Origin: an uncultured Rhizobium sp.
GTDB lineage: Bacteria; Bacteroidota; Bacteroidia; NS11-12g; UBA955
Direction: 5' to 3'
DNA: 64,000 bases
Assembly (NCBI GenBank): GCA_964527775.1
Contig: CAZGQS010000002.1
Coordinates: 16,883-80,882, forward strand
Notes under the pieces: model-generated
The model's input: the letters and a program-made list of their open reading frames with translations, nothing else
Databases searched by the model: none
What the model was told of the DNA's origin: nothing
Position numbers and translations under genes: made by a program
Shown: one piece after another, positions 30,086 to 40,566 of the stretch
Layout of the letters: every line of letters starts with the position of its first letter
Position numbering within the stretch: position 1 is the first letter of the stretch

Positions 30086-30640
30086 CTAGTTGAGGGAGGC
30101 GTCATAAGGGGCGTGCGAGAGCCATTCGTAGGTTCCACCAAGGTCGGTGAGGGCTTGCTTCCAAGCGTCATCGCTGTGCTTGGAAAGATATTCGGGTTTG
30201 AATTTGGAGGTGATCCAGGTCTGGGCGGTCAGTTCTTTCTGAAGTTGACCGGGAGCCCATCCGCAGTAGCCAGAAATGGCGTATGTTTGTTCTTTGTTGA
30301 GCAGCCCATTTTTGTAGTGGGTGAGGATTTCGTAGGTGTCGCCTCCCCAATAGAATCCACATCCAACAGAAACTGAACCCTCAATTTCGGGGTTTTTGTG
30401 TAAAATATTGATAGATTCTTTTTGATCAACAGGCCCACCAAGACAAAGTGGGAGTTCTAATGACGTACTTTTGTCTTCGTTCTCAATACGCACAAAATAA
30501 GGAGAAACTTCATTAACAACAATGCCCAAGGATCCGTCTTGGTTGTGGTCAATGATAACAATGAGCCTTCTGAAGAAATGCTCATCGGTAATGAACGGTT
30601 CTGCTATTAATAGGGTGCCGTTGGTGATTTGTGCGTTCAA
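30086..30640 (-). CDS. YqgE/AlgH family protein
   Basis: GTLLIAEP, GGPV, GYCGWAPGQL motifs and C-terminal SLN. Start uncertain; TTG 30640 chosen. Confidence 0.85.
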   Translation of the reverse strand: MNAQITNGTLLIAEPFITDEHFFRRLIVIIDHNQDGSLGIVVNEVSPYFVRIENEDKSTSLELPLCLGGPVDQKESINILHKNPEIEGSVSVGCGFYWGGDTYEILTHYKNGLLNKEQTYAISGYCGWAPGQLQKELTAQTWITSKFKPEYLSKHSDDAWKQALTDLGGTYEWLSHAPYDASLN

Positions 30641-30731
30641 GGACTGCAATGTTATAAAAAAAGTTGAACAATTGGAAAGCCGATTTGGAATAATCGAAAA
30701 CTTTACATATTGTTGAAAAAACAATAAGACT

Positions 30732-33632
30732 ATGGATATATCTTACCATAAGTGTACCAAATTATTAACCGCAGCTCTATGTCTATTGGCAGTCAATACG
30801 GCAACGGCGCAAACTTCCAAAGACACGGCAGAGAAGATTGACGAAGTGGTAGTTGTGGGGTATGGTACCGCAAAAGCAAAGGAATTTACAGGGGCAAATG
30901 CTACTTTGAAGGGCGAAAAGTTGGAGAAAATGAACGTTTCTCGAATGGATCAAGCTTTGCAAGGGCAATTAGCTGGGGTTACCGTGAGTACGAATTCAGG
31001 TTCACCGGGTGGTGGGTCTAGCATCAGAATCAGAGGACTTTCCACTTTTGGCGATAACGATCCACTGATTGTGGTTGATGGGGTGATTTATGACTCTGAG
31101 GGATTGAACGCTTTGAATCCGTCAGACATTGCGTCTATCAACGTGTTGAAAGATGCTACTGCGGGTATATACGGTGTGAGAGCGGCTAACGGGGTAATTT
31201 TGATTGAAACAAAAAAGGGCAGATTGAATGCGGCTCCTCAGTTTGAGGTTTCTGGTTTCCAGGGCTTCCAGCAGACGGCTAAGAAATTAAACATGCTCAA
31301 TGCCTCTGAATATGCAGTGTTGAAAAACGAAATGTTTGCCAACGGTAATCGCCCTATGCCTTTTAAGAATACGGCTTTGGGAACAGGAACAAATTGGCAA
31401 GATTCTGTTTTTGCAACCGCACCCATTACTCAGTTGAACATCAGTGCAACTGGTGGTACTGCAACCAGCAGATATTCTATTGGTGGTAGTTATTTTGATC
31501 AGCAGGGAATTGTGGGATTGGATAAAGCCAGCTTCAAGCGCTTGAATGCTCGTGTCAACTTTGACACCCGTATGTCTGACAAGTTGCAGTTGAGCAGCGT
31601 ATTTTTATTTACCAATGAAAACAGATCAGGCCTTCCTGAAAATGGCATTGGTTCTGTGTTGTACAACACCATCAATGCTTATCCCACCGAACCGGTGAGA
31701 GATGAGTTTGGTAATTACACTTACTTGAAAGAGGTGAACGATATCATCAATCCGTTGGCTCAAATGCAAAACTCCTACAACTGGGCGGTAGTCAATAAGT
31801 TTGTAGGTAAAGAAGAACTTGAATGGAAGGTAACTAAGAACTTGACGTTTACCAATCGATTGAACTACAACTACGCGTTGGTTGATAACAAGGTATTTTC
31901 TCCCTTGGTGTGGTATGGACCCGGAAAGGCTCAGAACACCGCCATCAATGCGAATTTAGATCCTAGCCAAGTTGAAATTGCACCGGGTACTTTGATTGAC
32001 CGCGGAGCAAGCGTTTACGAAGGAAGAAATACTTACGGTGATTTAAACTTTGAAAGTTTCGTAAATCATGTGAAGGAAATCTCAAAAAATTCAATCTTGA
32101 AAAGCACTCTGGGTGTTTCTGTATTCAAGCGTGACGGTTTAGGATTGGGTGGTACTGCATTCAACATTCCAAACAACAGTTTAGATTACGCGGATATCTC
32201 AGCGAATTTGGCTCCGGGCGGATTCTTGAACAACGTGTATTCTTTCCAGTTTCAAGAGCGCTTATTGTCAACGTTCTTCAGAACAGAATATAACCACGCT
32301 GGAAAATATATTTTGTCAGGTATTTTGCGTAGAGATGGATCTTCGAAATTTGGTCCAAACTCACGTTACGGTTTGTTCCCTACGGTTTCAGGTGCTTGGG
32401 TGATTTCGGATGAGTCTTTTTGGACGTTCAAGAAGGTGAGAAGTTTGAAATTACGCAGCAGCTTTGGAGTAAGTGGAAACGACCAAATTGATAATTTCGC
32501 TTACCGCGGAATGTTGAACGGTGAAGGTGTTTATGTATTTAACGATATCATCACACAAGGGGTTGCCATAGGAAGAGCTTCCAATCCTGATTTGAAATGG
32601 GAAACCACTCAACAATTCAACTTGGGAGTTGATGCAGAGTTGGGTGAGTCGTTCACAGCAGCTTTCAATTTCTTTGTGAAAAACACCCGTGATTTGTTGT
32701 TCCAACCCGATGTTTCTGCTTTGATGGGAACCGCTGGCCCTGGAAGTTATCCTCCAATCATCAATGCTGGTAATGTGCATAACAGAGGTTTAGAGTTGGA
32801 ATTGGGTTACAGCAAACAGTTCAGAAAGTACAGCAGTTTGCAAGTGAATTTCAACACTGCCTGGTTGAGAAATAAGGTAACAGCAACTCCAGAAGGGGTT
32901 GACTTCATTCCTGGAGCTCCTTTTGGGGTAGGTGGAAATATAGCTACTCGTTTCCAAACCGGTTTCCCTATTGGTTATTTCTTCGGATATGAGGTTGCAG
33001 GAGTATATCAAACTCAAGCCGAAATTGATGCGTCCCCAGTAAAACAAGCTGGAGCGAAGCCAGGAGATTTGAAATTTGTAGATCAAAACGGAGACGGTGT
33101 AATCAATTTCAGCAACGATTCAGACAAGAAGATGATTGGATCTCCGATTCCTGATTTTACGTTTGGTTTGGCTTTGAATTTCCGATATAAAAGTTTTGAT
33201 GTTTCGGCAAATTTGTATGCTGCTGTTGGACAAGAGATTGTGCGCAACTACGAGCGTCAACAACCCTATGCCAATCAGTTGAGCTACACCATCAATCGTT
33301 GGACCGGCGCTGGCAGTACCGATGAAAACCCAAGATTAACCACAGATTTGAACCGCAACACTGTGTTCTCTGATTATTTTGTGGAAGATGGTTCATTCTT
33401 GAGATTGAGAAATTTTCAAATTGGTTATTCATTCAGCAACAGAATGTTGAAGAAAATGAGATTCACAACGGCTAGATTCTATTTGGCATCGAACAACTTA
33501 TTTACTTTGACCCGTTATATGGGCTTTGATCCAGATATTGGATCTGTTGGCGGGCCTTTGGGTTCAGGAATTGATTACGGATTTTATCCCCAGGCTAGAA
33601 CCGTTTCTTTGGGATTCCAGTTTAAATTTTAA
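30732..33632 (+). CDS. susC: SusC/RagA TonB-dependent transporter
   Basis: EVVVVGYGT, VLKDATAGIYGVRAANGVILIETK, RRDGSSKFG, NPDLKWE and YPQART motifs. Confidence 0.95.
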   Translation: MDISYHKCTKLLTAALCLLAVNTATAQTSKDTAEKIDEVVVVGYGTAKAKEFTGANATLKGEKLEKMNVSRMDQALQGQLAGVTVSTNSGSPGGGSSIRIRGLSTFGDNDPLIVVDGVIYDSEGLNALNPSDIASINVLKDATAGIYGVRAANGVILIETKKGRLNAAPQFEVSGFQGFQQTAKKLNMLNASEYAVLKNEMFANGNRPMPFKNTALGTGTNWQDSVFATAPITQLNISATGGTATSRYSIGGSYFDQQGIVGLDKASFKRLNARVNFDTRMSDKLQLSSVFLFTNENRSGLPENGIGSVLYNTINAYPTEPVRDEFGNYTYLKEVNDIINPLAQMQNSYNWAVVNKFVGKEELEWKVTKNLTFTNRLNYNYALVDNKVFSPLVWYGPGKAQNTAINANLDPSQVEIAPGTLIDRGASVYEGRNTYGDLNFESFVNHVKEISKNSILKSTLGVSVFKRDGLGLGGTAFNIPNNSLDYADISANLAPGGFLNNVYSFQFQERLLSTFFRTEYNHAGKYILSGILRRDGSSKFGPNSRYGLFPTVSGAWVISDESFWTFKKVRSLKLRSSFGVSGNDQIDNFAYRGMLNGEGVYVFNDIITQGVAIGRASNPDLKWETTQQFNLGVDAELGESFTAAFNFFVKNTRDLLFQPDVSALMGTAGPGSYPPIINAGNVHNRGLELELGYSKQFRKYSSLQVNFNTAWLRNKVTATPEGVDFIPGAPFGVGGNIATRFQTGFPIGYFFGYEVAGVYQTQAEIDASPVKQAGAKPGDLKFVDQNGDGVINFSNDSDKKMIGSPIPDFTFGLALNFRYKSFDVSANLYAAVGQEIVRNYERQQPYANQLSYTINRWTGAGSTDENPRLTTDLNRNTVFSDYFVEDGSFLRLRNFQIGYSFSNRMLKKMRFTTARFYLASNNLFTLTRYMGFDPDIGSVGGPLGSGIDYGFYPQARTVSLGFQFKF

Positions 33633-35125
33633 TGATTAAAGACATGAAAAAAGGAAAATTATTTGGATTGTTGACTGTTGGATTTTTGACTCTGTTTCAT
33701 TCAGGATGTAAGAAATTCTTAGATATCAATCCGCTATATACACAAGACGCAGAAAATTATTTTGAAACTGCTGTTGATTATGAGCGTGCACTAACAGGTG
33801 CTTATGATTTGTTACAAGGAACATTCATAGACATTTGGATTGGCGAAATTGCTTCTGACAATTCTATTGCAGGAGGAGAAAGTGTGACTGATTCAGAAGG
33901 TCTTCACGAGATGGACGAAATGAAGCACGACGCGGTAAATCAGGAGTTAAGAAATGTATTTCGTTGGAATTATGCGGGTATTGCCCGTGCTAATTACATT
34001 TTGGAGCACAAGAATAAAATTGATTTTGACGGTAAAGATAAGATTCTTGCGGAGGCAACTTTCTTGAGGGCATTTTATTATTCTCAATTGGTAAAATACT
34101 TTGGCGATGTTCCATTGATCATTGACAAGCGCTTGGGTGCTGACGAGGTGACCAAAACAGATAGAACTCCCAAAGCTGAGGTTTATGCCCGAATTGAACA
34201 AGATTTGCAATATGCAGCGGGAATTTTGGATTGGACATCCTCTCAAAAAGGTAGAGTAAACAAAGGTATTTGCTTGTCTTTGTTGGGTAAAGTCTATTTG
34301 TATCAAAACAAGTTTGATCAAGCTGCTGCCACTTTTCAGCAAGTAATTGATGAAGGTAATTACAGTTTAATTTCTGATGTTACGAAAATGTTTGCAGTTG
34401 CCAACGAAGGACATTCTGAAACGGTTTTTGATGTAGAATATACTGGTGCTGAGGGTGGAAGTTATGGATGTTTGATTTGTTTGGAAGGAAATGCAGCTCC
34501 TGGCTTTCATGGAATTCGTCAATACGACGGTCCAGTGTACGGCGATGGAAACAGCTACAATTTGCCTACCAAAGACCTTTACGATGCTTATGAAGCTGGA
34601 GATGTTAGAAGAGATGCTACGGTTTTAGATTTGGATGCCTTTATTAAAAAGCAGGCACGTCCCGGAGACATTAAATTCGCCATTGGTGGTGGTGGACACA
34701 CAGGTTATTACAACAATAAATACATCAAAAAACAGGGTGAAATTGGTTTGCCAGACAATGATTTGACCAGTCCTGTGAATTATAAATTGATTCGTTATGC
34801 GGATGTGTTGTTGATGGCCGCCGAAGCAAACGCTCGTGCGAGTGCAGCGAATGAGGGACGTGCGTTACAGTATTTGAATCAAGTAAGAACTCGTGCAAAA
34901 GTTCAGCCAATTACTGCCTCAGGAAGTGCATTGGTTGAAGCCATTTGGAACGAGCGCAGATTGGAAATGGCCTGCGAAGGACATAGATTTTTTGATTTAG
35001 TGAGAACAGGAAAAGCTGCTCAAGAGATTAAAGATTTTGTAGTTGGCAAGCATGAGTTATTCCCTATACCACAAGTAGAAATTGACTTATCTGGTGGAAA
35101 TTGGTCACAAAATCCAAATTATTAA
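33632..35125 (+). CDS. susD: SusD/RagB lipoprotein
   Basis: SGC lipobox, FLRAFYY, IRYADVLLMAAEA, ERRLEMACEGHRFFDLVR and QNPNY. Confidence 0.95.
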   Translation: MIKDMKKGKLFGLLTVGFLTLFHSGCKKFLDINPLYTQDAENYFETAVDYERALTGAYDLLQGTFIDIWIGEIASDNSIAGGESVTDSEGLHEMDEMKHDAVNQELRNVFRWNYAGIARANYILEHKNKIDFDGKDKILAEATFLRAFYYSQLVKYFGDVPLIIDKRLGADEVTKTDRTPKAEVYARIEQDLQYAAGILDWTSSQKGRVNKGICLSLLGKVYLYQNKFDQAAATFQQVIDEGNYSLISDVTKMFAVANEGHSETVFDVEYTGAEGGSYGCLICLEGNAAPGFHGIRQYDGPVYGDGNSYNLPTKDLYDAYEAGDVRRDATVLDLDAFIKKQARPGDIKFAIGGGGHTGYYNNKYIKKQGEIGLPDNDLTSPVNYKLIRYADVLLMAAEANARASAANEGRALQYLNQVRTRAKVQPITASGSALVEAIWNERRLEMACEGHRFFDLVRTGKAAQEIKDFVVGKHELFPIPQVEIDLSGGNWSQNPNY

Positions 35126-35144
35126 ATAAATTTAAAAAGAGAAT

Positions 35145-36497
35145 ATGAGAAAATTATTTTTAATGTCTATTCTAACCGCAGGAATGTTGGGTTTGAATAG
35201 TTGTAAGGACGATGATCCCAAGTTGGGAGAAGCGCCAACTCAAGCGGATGCCTTATTTACGTATGAGCCATCTGCTACAAATCCTAACATCATCAGGTTT
35301 GAAGCAAAGAACAAAACTTTGACTGCAAAGTGGGATTTCGGAAATGGAACCAACGGAGAAGGTTCTTTGGCAGAAGCTAGTTACCCAAACAAGGGAAGTT
35401 ATACGGTTACCTTAACCGTATTCAATTCTGGTGGAAGTGCAAGTACTTCTCAAACTATTACCATTGATCAAGACGATCCAACTTTGTTGAGCGATCCACT
35501 TTACACACTTTTGACCGGTGGTGCATCAGGTAAAGGATACAAAACCTGGGTGATGGATTCAACTCGTGATGTGCACTTTGGTGTGGGTCCTAATCCTTCC
35601 TCTGCCTCAGCGGGTAATTACCCAGAGTATTATGCTGCTAAGCGTTTAGAAAAAGCGGGTGCAGGTCTTTACAACGACCAATATGTTTTCAGATTGCAAG
35701 GCTTTGGTTTTGACATGAAGACAGGTGGAGATGTTTATTTGAACACCAAACAAGCAGCAAATTTTGCGGGTTCAGCTCAGACCAACGTGGGTGATTACAG
35801 AGCACCTTATGATGATCAATTGAACGAGAAATGGACATTAACCATGGGTGAGAAAGACACCACATTGACTGTTTCTGGTAAATCATACATTGGTTATATC
35901 ACAGGAGTACAAACCTATAAGATTGTGCGTATTTCTGAAAATGAGTTGTTCTTACGCTACGAAGATGCTGCTGATCCTGCATTGGCTTGGTACATCAGAT
36001 TGGTTCCAGATGATTATCCAATCAATGGCGGAGGAGGAGGAGGAACTGATCCTACCTTTGCGTTGCCGTTGGATTTTGAAAGCACAGAGCCTACATTCAA
36101 TACTTTCGGTGGAAGCACTTATTCTTTTGTTGCTAATCCTTCAAAAACAGGGATCAACACTTCTAACAAAGTGTTAGAAACCGTTCACGGTAATGAAACT
36201 TGGGCTGGAATTTATGTAAATATTTCAAGTAAATTTAATTTCTCAACTAAGAAAACCATCACTCTAAAAGTGTGGGCACCAGCAACTGGTGATTTCAGAA
36301 TCAAACTTGAAAATAGTGCTGCTACTACTCAGTTTGTGGAGAAAGACGTAACAGTGACCAAAGCCAACGAATGGGTGGAAATCAGTGTAGACTTTAGCGA
36401 TGCAACAGCAGATTTGTATGACCGTTTGGTATTGTTCCCAGGTTGGGGAGTAGCGAATGCAGGTACTTTCTATCTTGACGATATTTCACAGCAATAA
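35145..36497 (+). CDS. Surface glycan-binding lipoprotein (PKD plus CBM-like domains)
   Basis: NSC lipobox, PKD motif WDFGNG, Gly linker, C-terminal LPLDFE...FYLDDI domain; follows susD. Confidence 0.8.
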   Translation: MRKLFLMSILTAGMLGLNSCKDDDPKLGEAPTQADALFTYEPSATNPNIIRFEAKNKTLTAKWDFGNGTNGEGSLAEASYPNKGSYTVTLTVFNSGGSASTSQTITIDQDDPTLLSDPLYTLLTGGASGKGYKTWVMDSTRDVHFGVGPNPSSASAGNYPEYYAAKRLEKAGAGLYNDQYVFRLQGFGFDMKTGGDVYLNTKQAANFAGSAQTNVGDYRAPYDDQLNEKWTLTMGEKDTTLTVSGKSYIGYITGVQTYKIVRISENELFLRYEDAADPALAWYIRLVPDDYPINGGGGGGTDPTFALPLDFESTEPTFNTFGGSTYSFVANPSKTGINTSNKVLETVHGNETWAGIYVNISSKFNFSTKKTITLKVWAPATGDFRIKLENSAATTQFVEKDVTVTKANEWVEISVDFSDATADLYDRLVLFPGWGVANAGTFYLDDISQQ

Positions 36498-37597
36498 TGA
36501 GAACGGTGAGTTTAGCCTTTTTGAGTATTTTGGGTTTGATGATTTCCAGTTGCAATGGAAATGATGAGCAGCCAAAAACTCAGTTGCCTGAGAATTTGAT
36601 GGTGGAAGTGACTTTGTCAAGTTCTGTCAGAGGAAAAGTGGATGTCAAAGCGACTGCTCAAAAAGTGAATTACTTCACCTTTTTATTTGGTAGCGGTGTA
36701 ACTGGTGTTTCCGTTGAATCTACAACAGGAAACGCCAGTCACACTTTTGATAAACCGGGTAAATATCCCATAAGAGTGCGTGCACATGTTACTGCAACAG
36801 CATTTATCGAAAAAATAGATAGTGTGGTTATTGATGAGGCCGGACTTCAGGATGGATATAACACACCCAATTCCTATACGGGTTACAATTTAGTTTGGGC
36901 CGATGAATTCAATGGTACCGAATTAGATCTTGGAAGTTGGTCTTATAATGTAGGTCGCGGTAACGGCGGTTGGGGCAATAATGAATCTCAATATTACACT
37001 GAGGGTACGAGCAATTGTGTGGTGAAAGATGGTAGACTAATCATCACAGCAAAGAAGGAAAGCGTGGCTAACGCTGAGTATTCTTCTGCAAGAATTGTCA
37101 CTCAAGGAAAACGAGAATTTCAATTTGGTAGAATTGATATTAGAGCAAAACTTCCTAAGGGACAAGGCATTTGGCCGGCACTTTGGATGTTGGGTTCAAA
37201 TATTACATCGGCTGGTTGGCCTGCCTGCGGTGAGATAGATATTATGGAGTTGATAGGACACATTCCTAATACCGTTTATGGAACCGCTCACTGGGGTGCG
37301 AGTTTTCCGTCTACTTATAAGACAGGACAAATCAGTTTGCCCGCTGGTGAGTTTGATGATCAGTACCATGTATTTACCATCATTTGGGAGCAAAATCAAA
37401 TCAAGTGGTACATGGATGACAAAGCATTTCATACTATTACGCCATCAAATACTGGAAGTATTTATCCGTTCAACAATAAATTCTTCTTTATTTTCAACGT
37501 AGCAGTGGGTGGAAATTGGCCTGGTTATCCTGATGGAACTACGGTATTCCCTCAAACGATGGAAGTAGATTTTGTGAGGGTATTCCAAAAAAACTAG
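36497..37597 (+). CDS. Lipoprotein GH16 laminarinase with PKD-like domain
   Basis: SSC lipobox; WADEF, GWGNNE, WPALW and GEIDIME motifs. Confidence 0.9.
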   Translation: MRTVSLAFLSILGLMISSCNGNDEQPKTQLPENLMVEVTLSSSVRGKVDVKATAQKVNYFTFLFGSGVTGVSVESTTGNASHTFDKPGKYPIRVRAHVTATAFIEKIDSVVIDEAGLQDGYNTPNSYTGYNLVWADEFNGTELDLGSWSYNVGRGNGGWGNNESQYYTEGTSNCVVKDGRLIITAKKESVANAEYSSARIVTQGKREFQFGRIDIRAKLPKGQGIWPALWMLGSNITSAGWPACGEIDIMELIGHIPNTVYGTAHWGASFPSTYKTGQISLPAGEFDDQYHVFTIIWEQNQIKWYMDDKAFHTITPSNTGSIYPFNNKFFFIFNVAVGGNWPGYPDGTTVFPQTMEVDFVRVFQKN

Positions 37598-37627
37598 AAG
37601 TTCAAGACTTGTGAGGATAAATTGTGT

Positions 37628-37658
37628 AGGGGTGCTGTGAGAGGCACCCCTTTTTTTT
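37628..37658 (+). terminator. Intrinsic terminator ending the PUL
   Basis: AGGGGTGC...GCACCCCT followed by a T-run. Confidence 0.85.
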
Positions 37659-37741
37659 GTTCGTCATTTTTCGGTGTGGAAAGACCTAACTTTGAATATT
37701 ATTAGTTAGTTTGCGTCAATTTGACACTTATTTGTTCCGAT

Positions 37742-40549
37742 ATGAACTATTTCCGCACCCTATTTTTGATTTGTTTTTGCATTGCAAATGCTGCGTTTGC
37801 TCAGGTTGTTTCAACTGAGCCCGTTTTTCCTAAAGAAACCGATACCGTTACCATCATCTATGATGCAACCAAAGGAAACGGTGCCTTAAAAGGGGCAACT
37901 CAGGTCTATGCCCATGCAGGAGTAATTACCAATCTATCAACTTCTGGAGCTGATTGGAAATACGTGATTGGAACTTGGGGTACTGCAGATAATAGGGTTA
38001 AAATGACATCCTTAGGAAACGATAAATGGCAAATGCGTTACCACATGAAGTCATTTTATCAGCAGGCAGGCACTTTTAAAGCAGGCGAATTCATCAAGCA
38101 AATGTCGTTTGTGTTTAGAGATGCTGCCGGAAATACCGTAGGTAGAGCTACCAATGGCGGAGATATTTTTGTGGATGTGTATTCAGCGTCTTCATCACTT
38201 TTAGCGCGAATCGTATCCCCCGAAACAGAAACGGTTTTAGGAAATAACTCCACTCAATTTAAACTTAAAGGTTTTACTTCTAAAAGTTGCAATATTGACG
38301 TTTATCTTGATGGTTCAATTTACAGATCTGTGACCTCTAAAGACAGTGTGCAGGCGGAATTTCAAGGCATTGGTGTGGGAAATCATACCGTTGTGATGAA
38401 AGCAACATCGGGCAGCGAGATGGCGTCAGATACTTTGATTATCGTGATAAATCCGTCAGTGGTGAATGCTTCGGTTCCTTCAGGGTTGGAACAGGGCATT
38501 AATTACGTTGATGATTCTACGGTTTATTTGGTTTTATTCGCGCCTTTCAAGAATTATGTTTACTTGTTGGGGGACTTTAACGATTGGAAGCCCAATGTGA
38601 ACTACTTCATGAATTACGATGCCAATAAATTTTTGTATTGGATCAAACTTACTGGCTTAACCCCTGGAAAAGAAGTGGCTTATCAATATTTGGTGAACGG
38701 CGATACCCGTGTGGCTGATCCTTTTTCTCCAAAAATGTTGAATGAATGGGATGATAGTTATATACCAGCAAGTAGATATCCCGGACTGAAGCTTTATCCC
38801 AAGAATAAAACCAACGGATGGGTTACTGTAATGCAGCCTGCAGCTCCAAAATACAATTGGAAAATCACTGACTTTAAGCGCCCTGAGAAATCACAATTGG
38901 TGATCTATGAGTGCTTGATTCGAGATTTTACAGCGGCACAAACCTATAAAAGTGTCATGGACACCTTGTCTTATTTGAAACAACTGGGAATTACAGCTCT
39001 TCAGTTGATGCCCATTACAGAGTTTGAAGGGAACATCAGTTGGGGATACAATCCTGCATCGCACATGTCTTTGGATAAATATTATGGCACACGTGAAGCT
39101 TTTAAAGCCTTGGTGGATGCTTGTCACGAACAAGGAATTGCGGTGATTTTAGATGTAGTTTACAATCATGCTTTTAGCTCTGCGCCTATTTGTCAGCTTT
39201 ATTGGGATGCAGTGAATTTTCGTCCTACAGCAAACTCACCGTATGCTTATCAAACGGCAAAACATCCGTTCAATGTGGGTTATGATTTGAACCACAGTAC
39301 CACACAGATGCAGTATTATACCAAGAGAACGTTGAAGTATTTGTTGGAGGAATATAACATTGACGGTTTTAGATTTGACCTAAGCAAAGGCATCACTCAG
39401 ACTGATTATGGTACGGATGTGGCTGCTTGGGGACGATACGACGCCTGGAGAATCAACCGTTTAGACGATTATCACAAGCACATACAATCGGTTTCTCCCG
39501 GTGCTTACACCATCTTGGAACATTTTGCTGATACTGACGAAGAGAAAGAGCTTGGCAATCGCGGAATGATGGTTTGGGGAAATGCCGTTCATCAAGCTAC
39601 GGAGGCAGCTATGGGATTTGTAAATACATCGGATTTTGGATGGGGTGTAGATTACATCAAGCGCGGAATGCCCGCAAATTCTGTTATTGCTTACGCCAGT
39701 TCTCACGACGAAGAACGCATGGGTTATAAATCGAAAATGTATGGAAATGCATTTGGTGGATATAATATCAAAACTGAAAATACCTATTTGAAGAGAAATG
39801 CCTTGACCTATGCCTTTGTGCATTTAGTGCCAGGTCCCAAAATGATTTGGCAATTCGATGAGTTGGGATACGATTATAGCATCAATTGGTGCAAAGACGG
39901 AACCATCAGCGATGCTTGTAGATTGGTTGAGAAGCCTGTGAGGTGGGATTATTGGACCGGAATATCAGACCGTCCTGATTTGTATTACCAACACGCTATG
40001 TTCAATCAGTTGAAAATTAATCATGCTTCGGTTCATTCTCCAACGGCTCATTATTTTACCAGCAACGGTGGATTTAAACGATTGCAATTGAATGGAGCAG
40101 ATTTTACCACCATTGTAGTGGGTAATTTTGATGTGGTGAGCGCAAGTAAAAGTCCATCGTTCACACAAACGGGTTGGTGGTATGACTATCTAACGGGTGA
40201 TTCGGTGAATGTTTCGGATGCCAACATGTCTATGAATTTTGCGGCAGGAGCGTATAAAATTTATACTAGTAAGAAAGTAGAAAATAAGATTTTAAATGAT
40301 TTAAATCGTGTTTCTACCTACAGTTTAAACGGTCGTTTGAGAAAGTTAAATGTATATCCAGTGCCAGCGAGCAATACCTTATTTGTAGAAGGAATGGATG
40401 CAAATGAATATGTTATTTTGAATTCATTGGGGCAACAAGTTGTTGAAGGCTTTTATCAAAATGGAATTGACGTTTCTTCCTTGACCAACGGTGTGTATTA
40501 TTTGAAGTCTGAGCAAGGTTTATCACAAGCTTTTTTGATACAGCATTAA
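37742..40549 (+). CDS. T9SS-secreted GH13 alpha-amylase/pullulanase-like enzyme with CBM48-like domain
   Basis: WGYNP, LDVVYNH, DGFRFDLSK, ILEH and SHDEE GH13 regions; VYPVPA sorting domain. Confidence 0.9.
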   Translation: MNYFRTLFLICFCIANAAFAQVVSTEPVFPKETDTVTIIYDATKGNGALKGATQVYAHAGVITNLSTSGADWKYVIGTWGTADNRVKMTSLGNDKWQMRYHMKSFYQQAGTFKAGEFIKQMSFVFRDAAGNTVGRATNGGDIFVDVYSASSSLLARIVSPETETVLGNNSTQFKLKGFTSKSCNIDVYLDGSIYRSVTSKDSVQAEFQGIGVGNHTVVMKATSGSEMASDTLIIVINPSVVNASVPSGLEQGINYVDDSTVYLVLFAPFKNYVYLLGDFNDWKPNVNYFMNYDANKFLYWIKLTGLTPGKEVAYQYLVNGDTRVADPFSPKMLNEWDDSYIPASRYPGLKLYPKNKTNGWVTVMQPAAPKYNWKITDFKRPEKSQLVIYECLIRDFTAAQTYKSVMDTLSYLKQLGITALQLMPITEFEGNISWGYNPASHMSLDKYYGTREAFKALVDACHEQGIAVILDVVYNHAFSSAPICQLYWDAVNFRPTANSPYAYQTAKHPFNVGYDLNHSTTQMQYYTKRTLKYLLEEYNIDGFRFDLSKGITQTDYGTDVAAWGRYDAWRINRLDDYHKHIQSVSPGAYTILEHFADTDEEKELGNRGMMVWGNAVHQATEAAMGFVNTSDFGWGVDYIKRGMPANSVIAYASSHDEERMGYKSKMYGNAFGGYNIKTENTYLKRNALTYAFVHLVPGPKMIWQFDELGYDYSINWCKDGTISDACRLVEKPVRWDYWTGISDRPDLYYQHAMFNQLKINHASVHSPTAHYFTSNGGFKRLQLNGADFTTIVVGNFDVVSASKSPSFTQTGWWYDYLTGDSVNVSDANMSMNFAAGAYKIYTSKKVENKILNDLNRVSTYSLNGRLRKLNVYPVPASNTLFVEGMDANEYVILNSLGQQVVEGFYQNGIDVSSLTNGVYYLKSEQGLSQAFLIQH

Positions 40550-40566
40550 TCAATTATCTTTGACGG

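Noticed and set aside
30077-30376. 99-aa plus-strand ORF with ATG
   Set aside because: Antisense shadow of the YqgE/AlgH gene.
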